NCBI GenBank assembly: GCA_016234935.1
Contig: JACRNL010000010.1
Location: forward strand, 276,589 to 340,588
Direction: 5' to 3'
DNA from: Deltaproteobacteria bacterium
Lineage (GTDB): Bacteria > Desulfobacterota > GWC2-55-46
DNA length: 64,000 bases
The position numbers and the translations under genes are program-made. The notes beneath the pieces were generated by a model. It saw only the letters and a list, made by a program, of their open reading frames with translations. It was not told the origin of the DNA and searched no databases. Shown one piece after another: positions 9,214 through 19,990 of the stretch (its first letter is position 1; each line of letters opens with the position of its first letter).

Positions 9214-10191
9214 TCACGGCGCCCACAAATACATAAAACGCATACCCAGGCGCTCGGATAGAAGCGAGCCGTCTATGTTTACAAGGTTGACCTGCGGCGC
9301 GGCTCCGGCGTCAAGGGTTTCGGCCATCGAATAGATGTTGTTCTTGTAGGCGCGGGGCGAAGAATATGCTATTACCCTCGCCTCTTTTACGCCGGCGGCC
9401 TCCTTTGCAAGCTCTATGGCGTCGTCCATATACCCTATCCTGTCAATCAGCTTCAATTTAAGCGCCTGCTCGGCGGTGTATATCCTGCCGTCGGCTATCT
9501 TCTTCAGCTCAGCCCTGTCGAGCTTGGCAAGCTCCGGCCTGCCGCCTGTTATGACGGTCAGAAACCTCTCGTACATCTCGTCAATAATCGACTGCATGAT
9601 CCGCCGGTCTTCTTCGGTCATGGGCCTCAGCGGCGAGCCGATGTCTTTTTTATTGCCGGACTTGATGGTCTGGTCCGAGATGCCTATCTTATCAAGAAGC
9701 CCGCTCGCGTTGAGGTTGTAAGCTATGACGCCGATGGACCCGGTGACGGTGGTCGGATGCGCGACTATCTTATCCGAGGCCGCCGCTATGTAGTAGCCGC
9801 CGGACGCGGCTATGTCCATAAACTCGGCGATTACCGGCAGGTTCCTCTTCTTTTTGAAAAGCGCCATCTCGTGGTTCATTATGTCGCACACGGTCACGGC
9901 GCCGCCGGGGCTGTTAATCCTCAGGATAACCGCCTTGATGTCCGTATCCTTCGCGGCAAGGTCAAGCTCCTCTTTTAAAAGCGCCAGCCTTCCGGGCTTT
10001 TGCCCGAAAAGCCAGCGGCCCCGCCCGCCGTCCTCGGTGATTATGCCTGAGAGGTCTATGACGAGTATCTTATCCGCCCCCCTGCCGCCGAGGGTCTTCT
10101 CCTCGAGAGGCACCTCTTTGGGAAGGCTTATAAAAACGCATCCGGTGAGAAGCAGGCACAGAAGACAAAGAATGGAAGATAATCTTTTCAT
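9214..10191 (-). CDS. sppA: signal peptide peptidase SppA (S49 family, 36K type), lipoprotein
   Basis: Start chosen at MKRLSSILCLLCLLLTGC (lipobox) with an AGGAG RBS. S49 motifs are present (…VAHPTTVTGSIGV…). Confidence 0.85.
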   Translation of the reverse strand: MKRLSSILCLLCLLLTGCVFISLPKEVPLEEKTLGGRGADKILVIDLSGIITEDGGRGRWLFGQKPGRLALLKEELDLAAKDTDIKAVILRINSPGGAVTVCDIMNHEMALFKKKRNLPVIAEFMDIAASGGYYIAAASDKIVAHPTTVTGSIGVIAYNLNASGLLDKIGISDQTIKSGNKKDIGSPLRPMTEEDRRIMQSIIDEMYERFLTVITGGRPELAKLDRAELKKIADGRIYTAEQALKLKLIDRIGYMDDAIELAKEAAGVKEARVIAYSSPRAYKNNIYSMAETLDAGAAPQVNLVNIDGSLLSERLGMRFMYLWAP

Positions 10192-10225
10192 ACGGCTCCT
10201 TAGTTTACAGGCGGCGCCGGGCGCC

Positions 10226-11299
10226 CTACGCCTCGCTGATAATCCGCCGTATCCTCTCCTGCGTCTCGGAAACGGTCTCAACGCCGGTATTGAGTATGTG
10301 GCAGGTGGCGGAATCGAACAGCTGTCTGAAAAACGCCTTTTGCACCTCCGGCCTTCTAACGAGAAGATATGGGTTGTAAAATGATTCGTATTTGAACTCT
10401 CCAACTTCTTTGCCCGCGCCGGCGAGGACCTGATACCTGCCCTCCTCAAGTATCCTTACCGCCGCGTCCTTCGACAGCTTCACCTCGGCCAAAGAGTCTT
10501 TGTCGCGCCTTAGAAGTATGACGGCCTTTACGACGGCCTCGTCAACGAACTTATCCGGCCCGGCGATCCAATCAGGGTCGAGGATGGCCCGGCTGTTGGC
10601 AAAGGCGGCAAAATCTCCGCCGTCGACATTTTCGCATTTGCACCTTTTAAGGAGCCGCTCGATATCGGGAAAACTCTTTACCATGTCCGTCCTGAGATAA
10701 AACTTCCTCTCGGAAATATCGGCCATTGTCAGGCCTTTTTTGTATTGCAGAAAAAGCCAATCGTCCGAATGTATCTTGCCGTCCGGCATCTGCATGAGGC
10801 CCCAGGTGTGCGTGGATTTGCCCGTGCCGGTGGGGGCTATTATCACAACGCCCTTGCCGCCTACTATGGCGCAGGAGCCGTGTATGGAATGAACGTTGTG
10901 CTGAGTTTCAAGTATGTCCGCGGCCATGCCGAGCGCCCAGGACTTGCACTGGCCGTAATATTCGGTATTGATGAAGACAGCCGTCTTTGTCTCGTGGTTG
11001 TAATAGGCGAAAGGCTTTTGCCCGGCAATGCCGGTTACCGCGTAGATGACCCCATGCGGCAGGATGTTGTGGCTTCTTGGCCCCGCATACCAGTTCTCAA
11101 CCCAGAAATCATACAGATGGGCGCTGTTTGTGACGAGCCTTACGACCACGCCGTGGATGTTTGCGTTCCAGTGGTATGCCTCGAAATTTTCAGACAGCTT
11201 TGCCTCCGCGAGCCTCACAAGCTCATCACGCTCGGCAACGCTTATGTCCTTTTTCGAATCAACGCGGCCCCGGACTTCGGTAATGTAGTTGGAGAGCAT
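10226..11299 (-). CDS. P-loop kinase of the PEPCK/HprK superfamily, function unknown
   Basis: Walker A GGKGVVIIAPTGTGKSTHTWGL followed by a GKIHSDDWLFL kinase-2-like motif. Start at MLSNY with an AAGGA RBS. Confidence 0.5.
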   Translation of the reverse strand: MLSNYITEVRGRVDSKKDISVAERDELVRLAEAKLSENFEAYHWNANIHGVVVRLVTNSAHLYDFWVENWYAGPRSHNILPHGVIYAVTGIAGQKPFAYYNHETKTAVFINTEYYGQCKSWALGMAADILETQHNVHSIHGSCAIVGGKGVVIIAPTGTGKSTHTWGLMQMPDGKIHSDDWLFLQYKKGLTMADISERKFYLRTDMVKSFPDIERLLKRCKCENVDGGDFAAFANSRAILDPDWIAGPDKFVDEAVVKAVILLRRDKDSLAEVKLSKDAAVRILEEGRYQVLAGAGKEVGEFKYESFYNPYLLVRRPEVQKAFFRQLFDSATCHILNTGVETVSETQERIRRIISEA

Positions 11300-11334
11300 A
11301 GGCATCCTTTCTGTTTTTCCATCAGGCCGCTCAA

Positions 11335-11480
11335 CGCAGCAAATGGGGCGCTTGAGGCAGCCTCTTAAGGGCAGGCTGCTCAAAAAGCCCCAGATGCAAG
11401 GAGTCGAGGAGTGAGGCGTGCTTTTTGGGCACGCCGCAGTGACGAATAACGAAGACAACGCCGCAGATGGGGCGCTTGAG
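11335..11480 (+). mobile_element. MITE-like ~125-bp TIR element, copy A, with an extra solo right-end fragment at its left
   Basis: AGGCTGCTCAAAAAGCCCC…GGCGTGCtttttggGCACGCC…GATGGGGCGCTTGAGGCAGCCT. It abuts the TAG stop of the RHH gene. Confidence 0.6.
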
Positions 11481-11488
11481 GCAGCCTG

Positions 11489-11698
11489 CTACGAAATCCT
11501 GCCCATCCTCGTCAGAAAGTCCCCCACGGCCACCCTGACCATCGCGCTTAGCGTCCATCTCTGTCCAAGCTTTTCCCTGTATTCAACAACAAGCGCCTTG
11601 AGGCTTTCGATCTGATCCTCTTCGAGCATCACGGTGAGCCTTTTCAACTCCTCGTGAGCGTCCTGCTTATGGGTTTTTTTCAGGGTCTTTTTAGCCAT
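11489..11698 (-). CDS. ribbon-helix-helix protein, ParD/CopG-like
   Basis: 69 aa with an RHH signature (…RLTVMLEEDQIESLKALVVEYREKLGQ…). Overlaps the LOG stop by 8 nt. Its stop codon is contiguous with MITE copy A. Confidence 0.55.
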   Translation of the reverse strand: MAKKTLKKTHKQDAHEELKRLTVMLEEDQIESLKALVVEYREKLGQRWTLSAMVRVAVGDFLTRMGRIS

Positions 11699-12422
11699 GT
11701 CCTTTTGCCCTCTTTTTCTTTCTTTTCGGGACGGCGGCGCGCTTCTCGCCGGCCTCCATGAATTGCGCCTGTTTGATCAACGTCTGTTTTCTGTCCCTGT
11801 GGGCGTTGATTATCTTCAAGACCTCTTTCGGGTCGTCGGTGAGGCTTATAAGTTTCATATCCTCCGGCGAGATGGTCTTGTGCCTCAGCATCGTGCTCCG
11901 CATGAAGTCCAGCAGGGGCTGCCAGTATTCCTTTCCGAAAAGTATCAGCGGGAAAGGATATATCTTATGCGTCTGGATGAGGGTCAACGCCTCGAAGAAC
12001 TCGTCCATCGTGCCAAAGCCGCCCGGCATGCAGACGTAGCCGATGGCGTATTTGACGAACATGACCTTCCTCGCGAAAAAGTAGCGGAAGTGCAGGGCCT
12101 TGTTCTGGTATTTATTGGCCTTTTGCTCATGCGGCAGGACGATATTGAGGCCGATGGAAAGCCCTCCGTTCAACGACGCGCCCCTGTTGGCCGCTTCCAT
12201 TATGCCGGGACCGCCGCCCGTGATGATATTGTAGCCGTTTCTTGAAAGGAGGTTTGACACCTCTACCGTCTTTTTGTAGTATTTATGCCCCTTGCCGATG
12301 CGCGCGGAGCCGAATATCGAAACCGCGGGAGCTATGTCCGAAAGCTCGTCAAAGCCTTCGATGAATTCGCTCATTATGCGGAACAGACGCCACGTTTCCC
12401 TGCCCTTCAGATCCTCTACCAT
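11691..12422 (-). CDS. LOG-family protein (cytokinin riboside 5'-monophosphate phosphoribohydrolase-like, TIGR00730)
   Basis: GGGPGIMEAANRGA and MPGGFGTMDEFFE are the canonical LOG PGGxGTxxE motifs. Confidence 0.85.
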   Translation of the reverse strand: MVEDLKGRETWRLFRIMSEFIEGFDELSDIAPAVSIFGSARIGKGHKYYKKTVEVSNLLSRNGYNIITGGGPGIMEAANRGASLNGGLSIGLNIVLPHEQKANKYQNKALHFRYFFARKVMFVKYAIGYVCMPGGFGTMDEFFEALTLIQTHKIYPFPLILFGKEYWQPLLDFMRSTMLRHKTISPEDMKLISLTDDPKEVLKIINAHRDRKQTLIKQAQFMEAGEKRAAVPKRKKKRAKGHG

Positions 12423-12475
12423 TTTTTAATTACCCCTCATAAGTTGCCCCTGCTTTGAAACATACCCGCGCCTGA

Positions 12476-14038
12476 TCACTCCCACTCTATTGTCGAAGGC
12501 GGCTTGGAGCTTATGTCATACACGACCCTGTTAACTCCCCTTACTTCGTTGATTATCCTCGTTGAGATGCGGGCAAGCGCGTCCGCAGGCATCCTATACC
12601 AGTCCGCCGTCATGCCGTCAACGCTCTCGACCGCGCGCACGGCCACCGTATTCTCATACGTCCTCTCGTCGCCCATGACGCCGACGGTCTTTATGGGCAA
12701 AAGCACGGCGAACGCCTGCCATATCTTTCCATAAAGACCCGCCTTTCTAATCTCCTCAATGACAATGGCATCGGCCTCGCGCAGAATTGCGCAGCGCTCC
12801 TTTGTCACCGGGCCGATTATCCTTATGGCAAGACCGGGGCCGGGAAACGGGTGGCGGTCTACGACTTCATCCTTCATTCCAAGCTCCCTGCCGAGCAGCC
12901 TGACCTCGTCCTTGAAAAGCTCCCGGAGCGGCTCGACGAGCCTCAGTTTCATCTTCTTTAAAAGCCCGCCGACATTGTGGTGGCTCTTGATGGTTGCCGA
13001 AGGACCTTTAAAGGAAACGCTTTCAATCACATCCGGATAAAGCGTGCCCTGCGCGAGGAATTTTACCCCTTTTATCTTCCTGGCCTCTTCTTCAAAGACA
13101 TGGATGAACTCGTTGCCTATTATCTTTCTCTTTCTCTCCGGGTCGCTCACGCCCCTCAGCCTTTCAAGGAAACGCTCCGATGCGTCAACGCAGCGTATGT
13201 TCATCTTAAAGTTTTTTCTAAGCGCAGCCTCGACCTTCGCGGCCTCGTCCCTGCGAAGGAGCCCGTTGTCAACGAAGATACAGGTCAGATTCTTCCCAAT
13301 GGCCCTGTGCACCAATGCCGCGGCGACGGCAGAGTCCACCCCGCCGCTTATGCCGCACACCACCCTGTCGCCACCGGCCTTTGCCCTTATACCGGCAACC
13401 GCAGTATCGACAAAAGACTTCATGGTCCAGGAGGGTTTTAATTTGCATATCCTGAATAGAAAGTTTTCAAGTATCTCATGGCCTTCGGGCGTGTGCGCGA
13501 CCTCCGGGTGGAACTGCACGCCGTAGATGCGCCTTCCTGTGCTGCTCATGGCGCATATGGCGGAGTTTGAACTGTGGGCGATGGACTTGAAACCAAAAGG
13601 CGCCTTCTCAACCCTGTCGCCGTGGCTCATCCAGACCAACAGTTTCCTGCCAAGACCGCTAAACAAATCGCCGGAGCCGTCGATTATCAAATCAGCCGGG
13701 CCGTACTCCCTGCGGCTTGACCTCTCGACCTTTCCGCCGAGGAGCCTGGCCATAAGCTGCATCCCGTAGCAGATGCCGAGGATTGGTATGCCGAGGTCAA
13801 AAATCTCCGGGGAAATAACAGGGGCCTTCCTGTCGTAGACGCTCGAAGGCGAGCCGGAGAGGATAATGGCCCTGGGTTTATACGCATTTACAAAATCAAT
13901 GCCCTTGTTGAACGGGTGTATCTCGCAGTAGACTCTTGCCTCGCGAACGCGCCTTGCGATGAGCTGGGTATACTGCGAGCCGAAGTCGAGGATTAAGACC
14001 TTCTCGGAATGAGGGTTGAACCCTTTCAAGACGTCCAT
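12476..14038 (-). CDS. guaA: GMP synthase (glutamine-hydrolysing)
   Basis: 520 aa with a GATase1 domain plus a PP-loop SGGVDS. Confidence 0.95.
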   Translation of the reverse strand: MDVLKGFNPHSEKVLILDFGSQYTQLIARRVREARVYCEIHPFNKGIDFVNAYKPRAIILSGSPSSVYDRKAPVISPEIFDLGIPILGICYGMQLMARLLGGKVERSSRREYGPADLIIDGSGDLFSGLGRKLLVWMSHGDRVEKAPFGFKSIAHSSNSAICAMSSTGRRIYGVQFHPEVAHTPEGHEILENFLFRICKLKPSWTMKSFVDTAVAGIRAKAGGDRVVCGISGGVDSAVAAALVHRAIGKNLTCIFVDNGLLRRDEAAKVEAALRKNFKMNIRCVDASERFLERLRGVSDPERKRKIIGNEFIHVFEEEARKIKGVKFLAQGTLYPDVIESVSFKGPSATIKSHHNVGGLLKKMKLRLVEPLRELFKDEVRLLGRELGMKDEVVDRHPFPGPGLAIRIIGPVTKERCAILREADAIVIEEIRKAGLYGKIWQAFAVLLPIKTVGVMGDERTYENTVAVRAVESVDGMTADWYRMPADALARISTRIINEVRGVNRVVYDISSKPPSTIEWE

Positions 14039-14044
14039 TTTATT

Positions 14045-15508
14045 TTATGATATTTCCAGTTTGTAATTTGGCGCTTCTTTGGTGATGGTCACGTCGTGCA
14101 CATGGCTTTCCTTAAGGCCCGCGGGGGTTATCCGTAAAAAACGCGCCTTTTTGTGAAGCTCGGAGATGGTCTTTGCCCCGCAGTAGCCCATGCCCGACCT
14201 GAGTCCGCCTATCATCTGGTAGATGCTCGATGAAAGAGGCCCGCGGTAAGGCACCCTGCCCTCTATGCCCTCAGGCACGAACTTCAGCTCGCTCTCGACG
14301 TCGTCCTGAAAATACCTGTCCTTGCTGCCCTTCATCATGGCCTCGATAGACCCCATGCCCCTGTAAACCTTGTAAGTCCTGCCCTGAAGAAGCACCGTCT
14401 CCCCGGGGCTTTCGTCGGTTCCGGCGAAAAGGCCGCCTATCATGACGCTGTCCGCCCCTGCCGCAAGGGCCTTTACAACGTCGCCGGAGAACTTTATGCC
14501 GCCGTCTGAAATGACCGGTATGTCTTTTTTCCTCAGCGCCTTCACGCAATCGGCAACGGCCGTTATCTGCGGAACGCCTATGCCCGTGACAACGCGCGTA
14601 GTGCAGATGGAGCCGGGCCCGACGCCGACCTTCACCGCGTGAACACCGGCCTTTACAAGGGCAAGGGCCGCCTCGGCGGTGGCGACGTTGCCTGCTATGA
14701 GCTGGCATTTGAAGTTCTTTCTCGTGGACCTCACGGCGTCTATCACGCCCTTGCTGTGGCCGTGCGCCGTGTCGATGATAATGCAATCGGCGCCGGCCTT
14801 GATGAGCGCGTCGACGCGCGCCTCCCTGTCAAACGACACCCCGACGGCCGCGCCCACGCGGAGCCTTCCGAGTCCGTCCTTGCACGAGTTCGGAAATTTT
14901 TCGCGCTTTTCAATGTCGGTTACCGTGATTAATCCCTTTAAACTGTTCTTCGCGTCGACGACGGGCAGTTTTTCTATCCTGTGCTTGTGGAGTATCTCCT
15001 TTGCCTTCTCGATGGGTATCCCGACGCGCGCCGTGACTACCTTCTTCGTCATTATTTCGGAAATGCGCCTGCCGGGGTTCGTCTCAAAACGCAGGTCCCT
15101 GTTTGTCAGGATGCCCACCAGAACGCCGTCCTTGACAATGGGAAAACCGGATATCTGCTCGGCCTTCATGATATCGAGGGCGTCGGCGACTTTTTGATCC
15201 GGATGCAGGGTCATTGGCTTTAATATCACGACCGATTCGTACTTCTTCACCTTGTCCACCATCGCGGCCTGCTCGTCAACGGTGATGTTTTTGTGGATTA
15301 TCCCGATGCCTCCCTCCTGCGCTATGGCTATGGCCATCCGCGCCTCGGTCACGGTGTCCATCGCGGCGCTCAGGAGCGGCACGTTAATACGTATCTCGTT
15401 CGTAAGCCGCGTCGTCACGTCGGCGTCTCTCGGCAGTATCCTCGATAAAGCCGGCTCAAGAAGCACGTCGTCAAAGGTAAGGGCCGTCCTGATCTTCAAA
15501 TTCTCCAT
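14045..15508 (-). CDS. guaB: IMP dehydrogenase
   Basis: 487 aa with CBS pair and IMPDH catalytic loop [11 protein letters not shown]. Confidence 0.95.
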   Translation of the reverse strand: MENLKIRTALTFDDVLLEPALSRILPRDADVTTRLTNEIRINVPLLSAAMDTVTEARMAIAIAQEGGIGIIHKNITVDEQAAMVDKVKKYESVVILKPMTLHPDQKVADALDIMKAEQISGFPIVKDGVLVGILTNRDLRFETNPGRRISEIMTKKVVTARVGIPIEKAKEILHKHRIEKLPVVDAKNSLKGLITVTDIEKREKFPNSCKDGLGRLRVGAAVGVSFDREARVDALIKAGADCIIIDTAHGHSKGVIDAVRSTRKNFKCQLIAGNVATAEAALALVKAGVHAVKVGVGPGSICTTRVVTGIGVPQITAVADCVKALRKKDIPVISDGGIKFSGDVVKALAAGADSVMIGGLFAGTDESPGETVLLQGRTYKVYRGMGSIEAMMKGSKDRYFQDDVESELKFVPEGIEGRVPYRGPLSSSIYQMIGGLRSGMGYCGAKTISELHKKARFLRITPAGLKESHVHDVTITKEAPNYKLEIS

Positions 15509-15513
15509 ATGGT

Positions 15514-16536
15514 CTAAACCTCCGCTTTACGGGCCTTTGCCTCAACTTCCCTCTGAGAGGGTGCAACCCTGCCCGAATTTTTTTTGATGACTATGCCCTC
15601 CAGAAGCCCGGCGTCGCTGACTTTGATTTCCTCAAAACCGAACTCATCCATCGCGGCAATGGCGATAAGCGCGCCGGAGATGATCAGGTCTTCCCTGCCC
15701 TTTTCAAGGTTCAGCACCGTCTGCCTCTCCCTCAGCGTAAGGCCTACAAGATACCGGTAGAGGCGCTCCACCCTCGGCCTTGAAAGCGTGGCGTTGTTGA
15801 TGCGAGTCCTGTCGTAGACCTCAAGGCCCTGGTCAAGGGCCGCAAGGGTCGTAACCGTCCCCGCTGTCCCGACAAATACCGCGCCGCTTGCCATGCTGTA
15901 ATCCGCAGGATTAACGCCTGCGTTTGCCATGCCGGCCTTAAGCTCCCCCATCACAGCGCCTATCTCGCCACGCAGGGCTTTAATCTCCGCATCCTGCGGC
16001 GGGTCGCTCTTCAGGTGCGTCTCCGTAAGGTGCACCACTCCCATCTCCATTGACCACACGCCTCTTATGCCGCCGTCATCAGTGGCGATAAACTCCGTCG
16101 AGCCGCCGCCGATGTCCATGACAAGCCGCCTGCCCCGCGGGGTGTCACACCCTCTCGGGTCATTCAGGACCGACAGCACGCCGAGAAGGGACAGCCGCGC
16201 CTCTTCCTCGCCGGAGATGACCGACACGCTTATGCCGGTCTTCTTTTCGATCTCGCTTAAAAACCACTTTTTGTTCCCGGCCCGCCTGACCACGCTTGTC
16301 GCGGCGGCCTCGACCGACTCGACTCCCACCTCGTCGATCACCCTTTTAAACTCCTCAAGCGCGGCGAAGGTCCTCTGGGCGGACATGGGGTCTATTCCGG
16401 CGCTCTCGGTGTAGCTGCCCCCGAGGCGCGTTATCGCGCGCCTGTAAACAAGGGGGGACAGACGTCCGGATGAGTCAGCCTCGGCTATTAAAAGCCTTAA
16501 TGTATTCGTGCCGATGTCAATGGCCGCGTATTTCAT
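15514..16536 (-). CDS. ppx: Ppx/GppA-family phosphatase (exopolyphosphatase-like)
   Basis: N-terminus [19 protein letters not shown] with ASKHA-fold motifs. Confidence 0.8.
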   Translation of the reverse strand: MKYAAIDIGTNTLRLLIAEADSSGRLSPLVYRRAITRLGGSYTESAGIDPMSAQRTFAALEEFKRVIDEVGVESVEAAATSVVRRAGNKKWFLSEIEKKTGISVSVISGEEEARLSLLGVLSVLNDPRGCDTPRGRRLVMDIGGGSTEFIATDDGGIRGVWSMEMGVVHLTETHLKSDPPQDAEIKALRGEIGAVMGELKAGMANAGVNPADYSMASGAVFVGTAGTVTTLAALDQGLEVYDRTRINNATLSRPRVERLYRYLVGLTLRERQTVLNLEKGREDLIISGALIAIAAMDEFGFEEIKVSDAGLLEGIVIKKNSGRVAPSQREVEAKARKAEV

Positions 16537-16554
16537 TATTTAAAAAACCATCAC

Positions 16555-16650
16555 CCGGCACCACTTTGCGCTGCCAACGCCTGCCCTCGCATGTATGAAG
16601 CGGGGGTTTGTATTACGCATGAACTCTTAGCGACGGAAAGTGGTGCTGGG
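16555..16650 (+). repeat. hairpin-repeat family 2, copy 3 (CGGCACCACTTTGCG…CGGAAAGTGGTGCTGG), with a REP unit in its loop
   Basis: Inverted 13-15-nt arms. Lies ~19 nt upstream of the ppx start. Confidence 0.55.
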
Positions 16651-17055
16651 CGTTCCTGTTTGTTTTTTCTTCCTCTCGACCGCGATGGAGAGCTTTGCCG
16701 CCCCCGCCAGCTTTGCCGTATCAAGGACTTCCACAACAAGGCCGTGCCTGACGTTTGTATCGGCCTTTATAACGACCGTCTTTTCAGGGCTGTTTGCAAG
16801 GGCGGATTTAATAGCGTCATAAAGCGCGGCCCTCTGAGAGGGTTCAACCCTTGAGCTTGCCTTGCCGTTTATGCTTATATTGCCGCCCTCGCCTATCTCG
16901 ATGACCACACCCTTGCCAGGCTCCGCCCCGGCGCTGACGGCCTTCGGGAGCTTCACCTTGAAGGATTCGATCATGATAAGCGGCGTGGTGACCATGAAGA
17001 TAACGAGCAGGACGAGCATCACGTCCGTAAGGGGCGTGATGTTGATCTCGCTCAT
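16627..17055 (-). CDS. ExbD/TolR biopolymer transport protein
   Basis: MSEINITPLTDVMLVLLVIFMVTTP… is a typical ExbD/TolR N-terminus. The ORF track's first 12 codons lie in the repeat. Confidence 0.8.
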   Translation of the reverse strand: MSEINITPLTDVMLVLLVIFMVTTPLIMIESFKVKLPKAVSAGAEPGKGVVIEIGEGGNISINGKASSRVEPSQRAALYDAIKSALANSPEKTVVIKADTNVRHGLVVEVLDTAKLAGAAKLSIAVERKKKQTGTPSTTFRR

Positions 17056-17074
17056 GAGCCTGCCTTCGTCTCTT

Positions 17075-17728
17075 TTAAGGTTCCAGCCCACCTTTAACCT
17101 CTATCTTCTTCCCGGCTAAAAATGCCTCGGTGAATTCAGCGGCCTCGGTCTCAAGGGTCAGCGCATACCGCGACGTAGCGCGCACGAAGTAGTTATACGC
17201 CATGACCGCGGGCACGGCCACGAAAAGGCCTGTTGCCGTGGCGACCAATGCCTCGGCTATGCCGTCCGCCACGGCTGCGGGCGAAGCCCCCTGAGAGACG
17301 GCAAGGTCGGAAAACGCCCTGATTATGCCGATGACCGTTCCGAAAAGGCCGACAAACGGGGCGGTGGAGCCTATCGTGCCGAGGACTCCTAAAAACCTCT
17401 CCAGACCGGCGATCTCCGCCCTTCCGGCCAGCTCCATAGCCCTTTCTACGGCGTCCCTGCCCTTGGCCGTCTTCGCGTATCCGGCAAGATAGACCTTTGC
17501 GAGCGGCCCGCTCTCCTTTTCGCAGAGCGCGGCGGCAACGGCCGCGCCGCCCTCCTCCAGCGTGCGCGAGAGCCGTCCGTATGACTCTTTTATGCCGAGC
17601 CTGAACCTCCTGAACGCCCACGCCCTCTCAAGCATCACCGCAATGGAGATGAGCGAGAAGATAAGGAGGACTATGACCGTTACGCCGCCCTTTTGCAAAA
17701 GCCCTATGATTGTAAGGTCATTAAACAT
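17075..17728 (-). CDS. MotA/TolQ/ExbB proton-channel protein
   Basis: 217 aa with three TM helices, adjacent to the exbD-like gene. Confidence 0.8.
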   Translation of the reverse strand: MFNDLTIIGLLQKGGVTVIVLLIFSLISIAVMLERAWAFRRFRLGIKESYGRLSRTLEEGGAAVAAALCEKESGPLAKVYLAGYAKTAKGRDAVERAMELAGRAEIAGLERFLGVLGTIGSTAPFVGLFGTVIGIIRAFSDLAVSQGASPAAVADGIAEALVATATGLFVAVPAVMAYNYFVRATSRYALTLETEAAEFTEAFLAGKKIEVKGGLEP

Positions 17729-17840
17729 TTTTTATTTTCCGGCGCGCCCGGTGCGCATTGAGGATTTCAACTTATCCCCTCTTTTCTAAACATGTCCCCG
17801 CATGTCTTAAGCGGGGAGAGGGGTTAGGGGAGATTATATT

Positions 17841-18350
17841 TTACCCCAGCCGGTAGCCCTTAACGTATCCAATGTAGTTTTCAGCGGACTGCGCTATGCG
17901 CGCCACCTCTTCATCTTTCAAGACCCTTACGACCTTGCCCGGTATGCCGAGGACGAGGCTTCGAGGCGGTATCCGCGCCCCTTCGGTAATGAGCGCGCCC
18001 GCGCCGATTATCGAATCCTCTCCAACCTCGGCGTGGTCAAGGAGGAGGGCCCCCATGCCGATAAGACACCTGTCCTTTATCACGCAGCCGTGGATGACGA
18101 CGTTGTGCCCCACGGTGACGTCGTCCCCCAGTATAGTCGGGCAGATGTCCTTTGTAACATGCACTGTGCAGTTGTCCTGTATGTTCGTCCTTTTCCCTAT
18201 CCTTATGTAATTCACGTCGCCGCGCACTACGGCGTTGAACCAGATGCTCGAATCCTCGCCTATTTCGACGTCGCCGATTATCTGCGCGCTCTCGACCGCG
18301 AAGACCGTCTCATGCAGCTTTGGCATTTTGCCTTTATATGATTTTATCAT
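17841..18350 (-). CDS. gamma-class carbonic anhydrase family protein (left-handed beta-helix, hexapeptide repeats)
   Basis: …IGEDSSIWFNAVVRGDVNYIRIGKRTNIQDNCTVHV…. Confidence 0.8.
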   Translation of the reverse strand: MIKSYKGKMPKLHETVFAVESAQIIGDVEIGEDSSIWFNAVVRGDVNYIRIGKRTNIQDNCTVHVTKDICPTILGDDVTVGHNVVIHGCVIKDRCLIGMGALLLDHAEVGEDSIIGAGALITEGARIPPRSLVLGIPGKVVRVLKDEEVARIAQSAENYIGYVKGYRLG

Positions 18351-18386
18351 CCCGCCGGCCCTTCCCTGGTAAATTAAATTACTATA

Positions 18387-19850
18387 TCAAATGTTTCCAA
18401 AAATCTCAATCCCGCCTTCTCGCCCGCCTTTCCGCCCGCCTGCCATTTCCAGCATCAATATCTTTTTTGTCAGCCGCGTGACCTTGAACCTGTCCGACTG
18501 CTTCAGCCCCGCCAGCCATATGATCTCGGTTCCGGCGTAAACAACCGGCACAAGCGGCCTGAGGCGGGCGGGTATCTTTTCTTCTATCAGTATCTCCTTG
18601 AGCTTTTTGTGTCCGTCCATGCCGAAAGGGATCATCCTGTCGCCTGGTTTGATTGTCCGCGCCCGCACCGGCCCCGGCAGCAAGGCATAATCAAAATAAG
18701 CCGCGCCCCGGCCGCCCGTAAAGCCCTTTGCCGGAGGTTTTTTCAAGACCGTCGCCGATATAGACAACCCCTTGAAGGGGTTCAGCCCCCTGAGGGGGTT
18801 CAATCCCGCATCCTTTATCAGCGTCTTGCCGGGCGTTTTAACGGCAACGTCGAAGGATGCAGGTTTACCGGCCTTTTCTCTGGAGATTATCAGGCTGTTG
18901 TAAACACGCCTGAGGATAAGCCCGCCAGGAAGCGCGCAGGAGGCCGAGGGGCTCGCGGCTTTTACGATGGCAACGTATGCGTCGGCATGCGCGCTGCATA
19001 TCTGCGCGTCCTTTTCCAGAGACCAGACGGCGTCTAAAAAAACCCTTTTTGAAATGGCCGGATGGAGGGCCGAGAGTTTGAGCCTGTCCATGGAGACAAA
19101 ACCTCTTTTGCGCAGGGTGGCGGCGTCTGAAAAAGCGGCGGCGGCCCGGGCGCGCATGAACTCGCCGTCCTCTCTCAATATTCCGGCGGTGCGCGCAAGC
19201 GTCTCGATTATGTTGGGGTTGTAGCGTTTCTTTATAAACGGCAGGAGCCTGAGCCTCACGTCATTCCTTAGATAATCCATGCCGAGGTTGGACGAGTCCG
19301 TTACGTATTTAATGCCTTGTTCCGCGGCGAAACGTTCTATCTCCGCCCTTTGGCAGGCTATCAGCGGGCGTATGAAACGGCCCCGCACGGGAGCCATTCC
19401 GGCAAGGCCGCGAAGCCCGCTGCCCTTTAAAAACCTCATTAGCACAGTCTCGGCCTGGTCGTCCGCGTTGTGTCCAAGGGCTATCCTGGCCGCCCCGAAC
19501 CTCTCGGCCGCCGCACTCAGAAACTCAAGGCGCCTGTCCCTTGCCAAGGCCTGCAAAGACTCTCCGCGCTTCTTAAGCTCTCCGCGCTTAAGCGTGACGC
19601 CGGCGAATTCAAGCCCGCCGGCGGCGGCGAGCTTTTTCACAAAAAGAAAATCCCTTTTCGACTCAGCCCCGCGCAGGTTGTGGTTTACGTGGGCGACCAT
19701 AAGGGTAAGGCCAAGCCGGTCTTTAAGAGCCGAGAGCGCGCGGAGCAGCACAACGGAGTCAACGCCGCCGGACACGGCGACGAGGACGGACTCCCCCTTT
19801 TTAAGCATACCGAATTTACTAACGGTCTTTTTTACCTTTTCAATCAGCAT
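18387..19850 (-). CDS. tilS: tRNA(Ile)-lysidine synthetase
   Basis: PP-loop VAVSGGVDSVVLL. Start at MLIEK (the ORF track extends 17 codons further). The gene contains an in-frame REP-derived insert (see 18770-18812). Confidence 0.8.
   Translation of the reverse strand: MLIEKVKKTVSKFGMLKKGESVLVAVSGGVDSVVLLRALSALKDRLGLTLMVAHVNHNLRGAESKRDFLFVKKLAAAGGLEFAGVTLKRGELKKRGESLQALARDRRLEFLSAAAERFGAARIALGHNADDQAETVLMRFLKGSGLRGLAGMAPVRGRFIRPLIACQRAEIERFAAEQGIKYVTDSSNLGMDYLRNDVRLRLLPFIKKRYNPNIIETLARTAGILREDGEFMRARAAAAFSDAATLRKRGFVSMDRLKLSALHPAISKRVFLDAVWSLEKDAQICSAHADAYVAIVKAASPSASCALPGGLILRRVYNSLIISREKAGKPASFDVAVKTPGKTLIKDAGLNPLRGLNPFKGLSISATVLKKPPAKGFTGGRGAAYFDYALLPGPVRARTIKPGDRMIPFGMDGHKKLKEILIEEKIPARLRPLVPVVYAGTEIIWLAGLKQSDRFKVTRLTKKILMLEMAGGRKGGREGGIEIFGNI
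18770..18812. repeat. two tandem REP-like GC palindromic units inserted in-frame in tilS
   Basis: CAACCCCTTGAAGGGGTTCAGCCCCCTGAGGGGGTTCAATCCC encodes GLNPLRGLNPFKGL on the minus strand. Confidence 0.6.
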
Positions 19851-19990
19851 CGCAGCCCCGAAGGTGAAGGAGATTTGAGAGCGCGATATAATCACGCGCA
19901 TACTTAAAAACGTTTGAAAGACAGCTATAATTTACCGCATGCCGGACAATAAGGCAAATGCAGTTTGAAGCGTAAATATGATGCCCGCAC

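Noticed and set aside
14271-14786. Arg-rich 171-aa ORF in an alternative frame of guaB
   Set aside because: Low-complexity RRRR/GRGR translation from an alternative frame of a conserved gene. Spurious.
17193-17621. ORF 17193..17621 inside the exbB/tolQ-like gene
   Set aside because: Arg/Gly-rich alternative-frame artefact.
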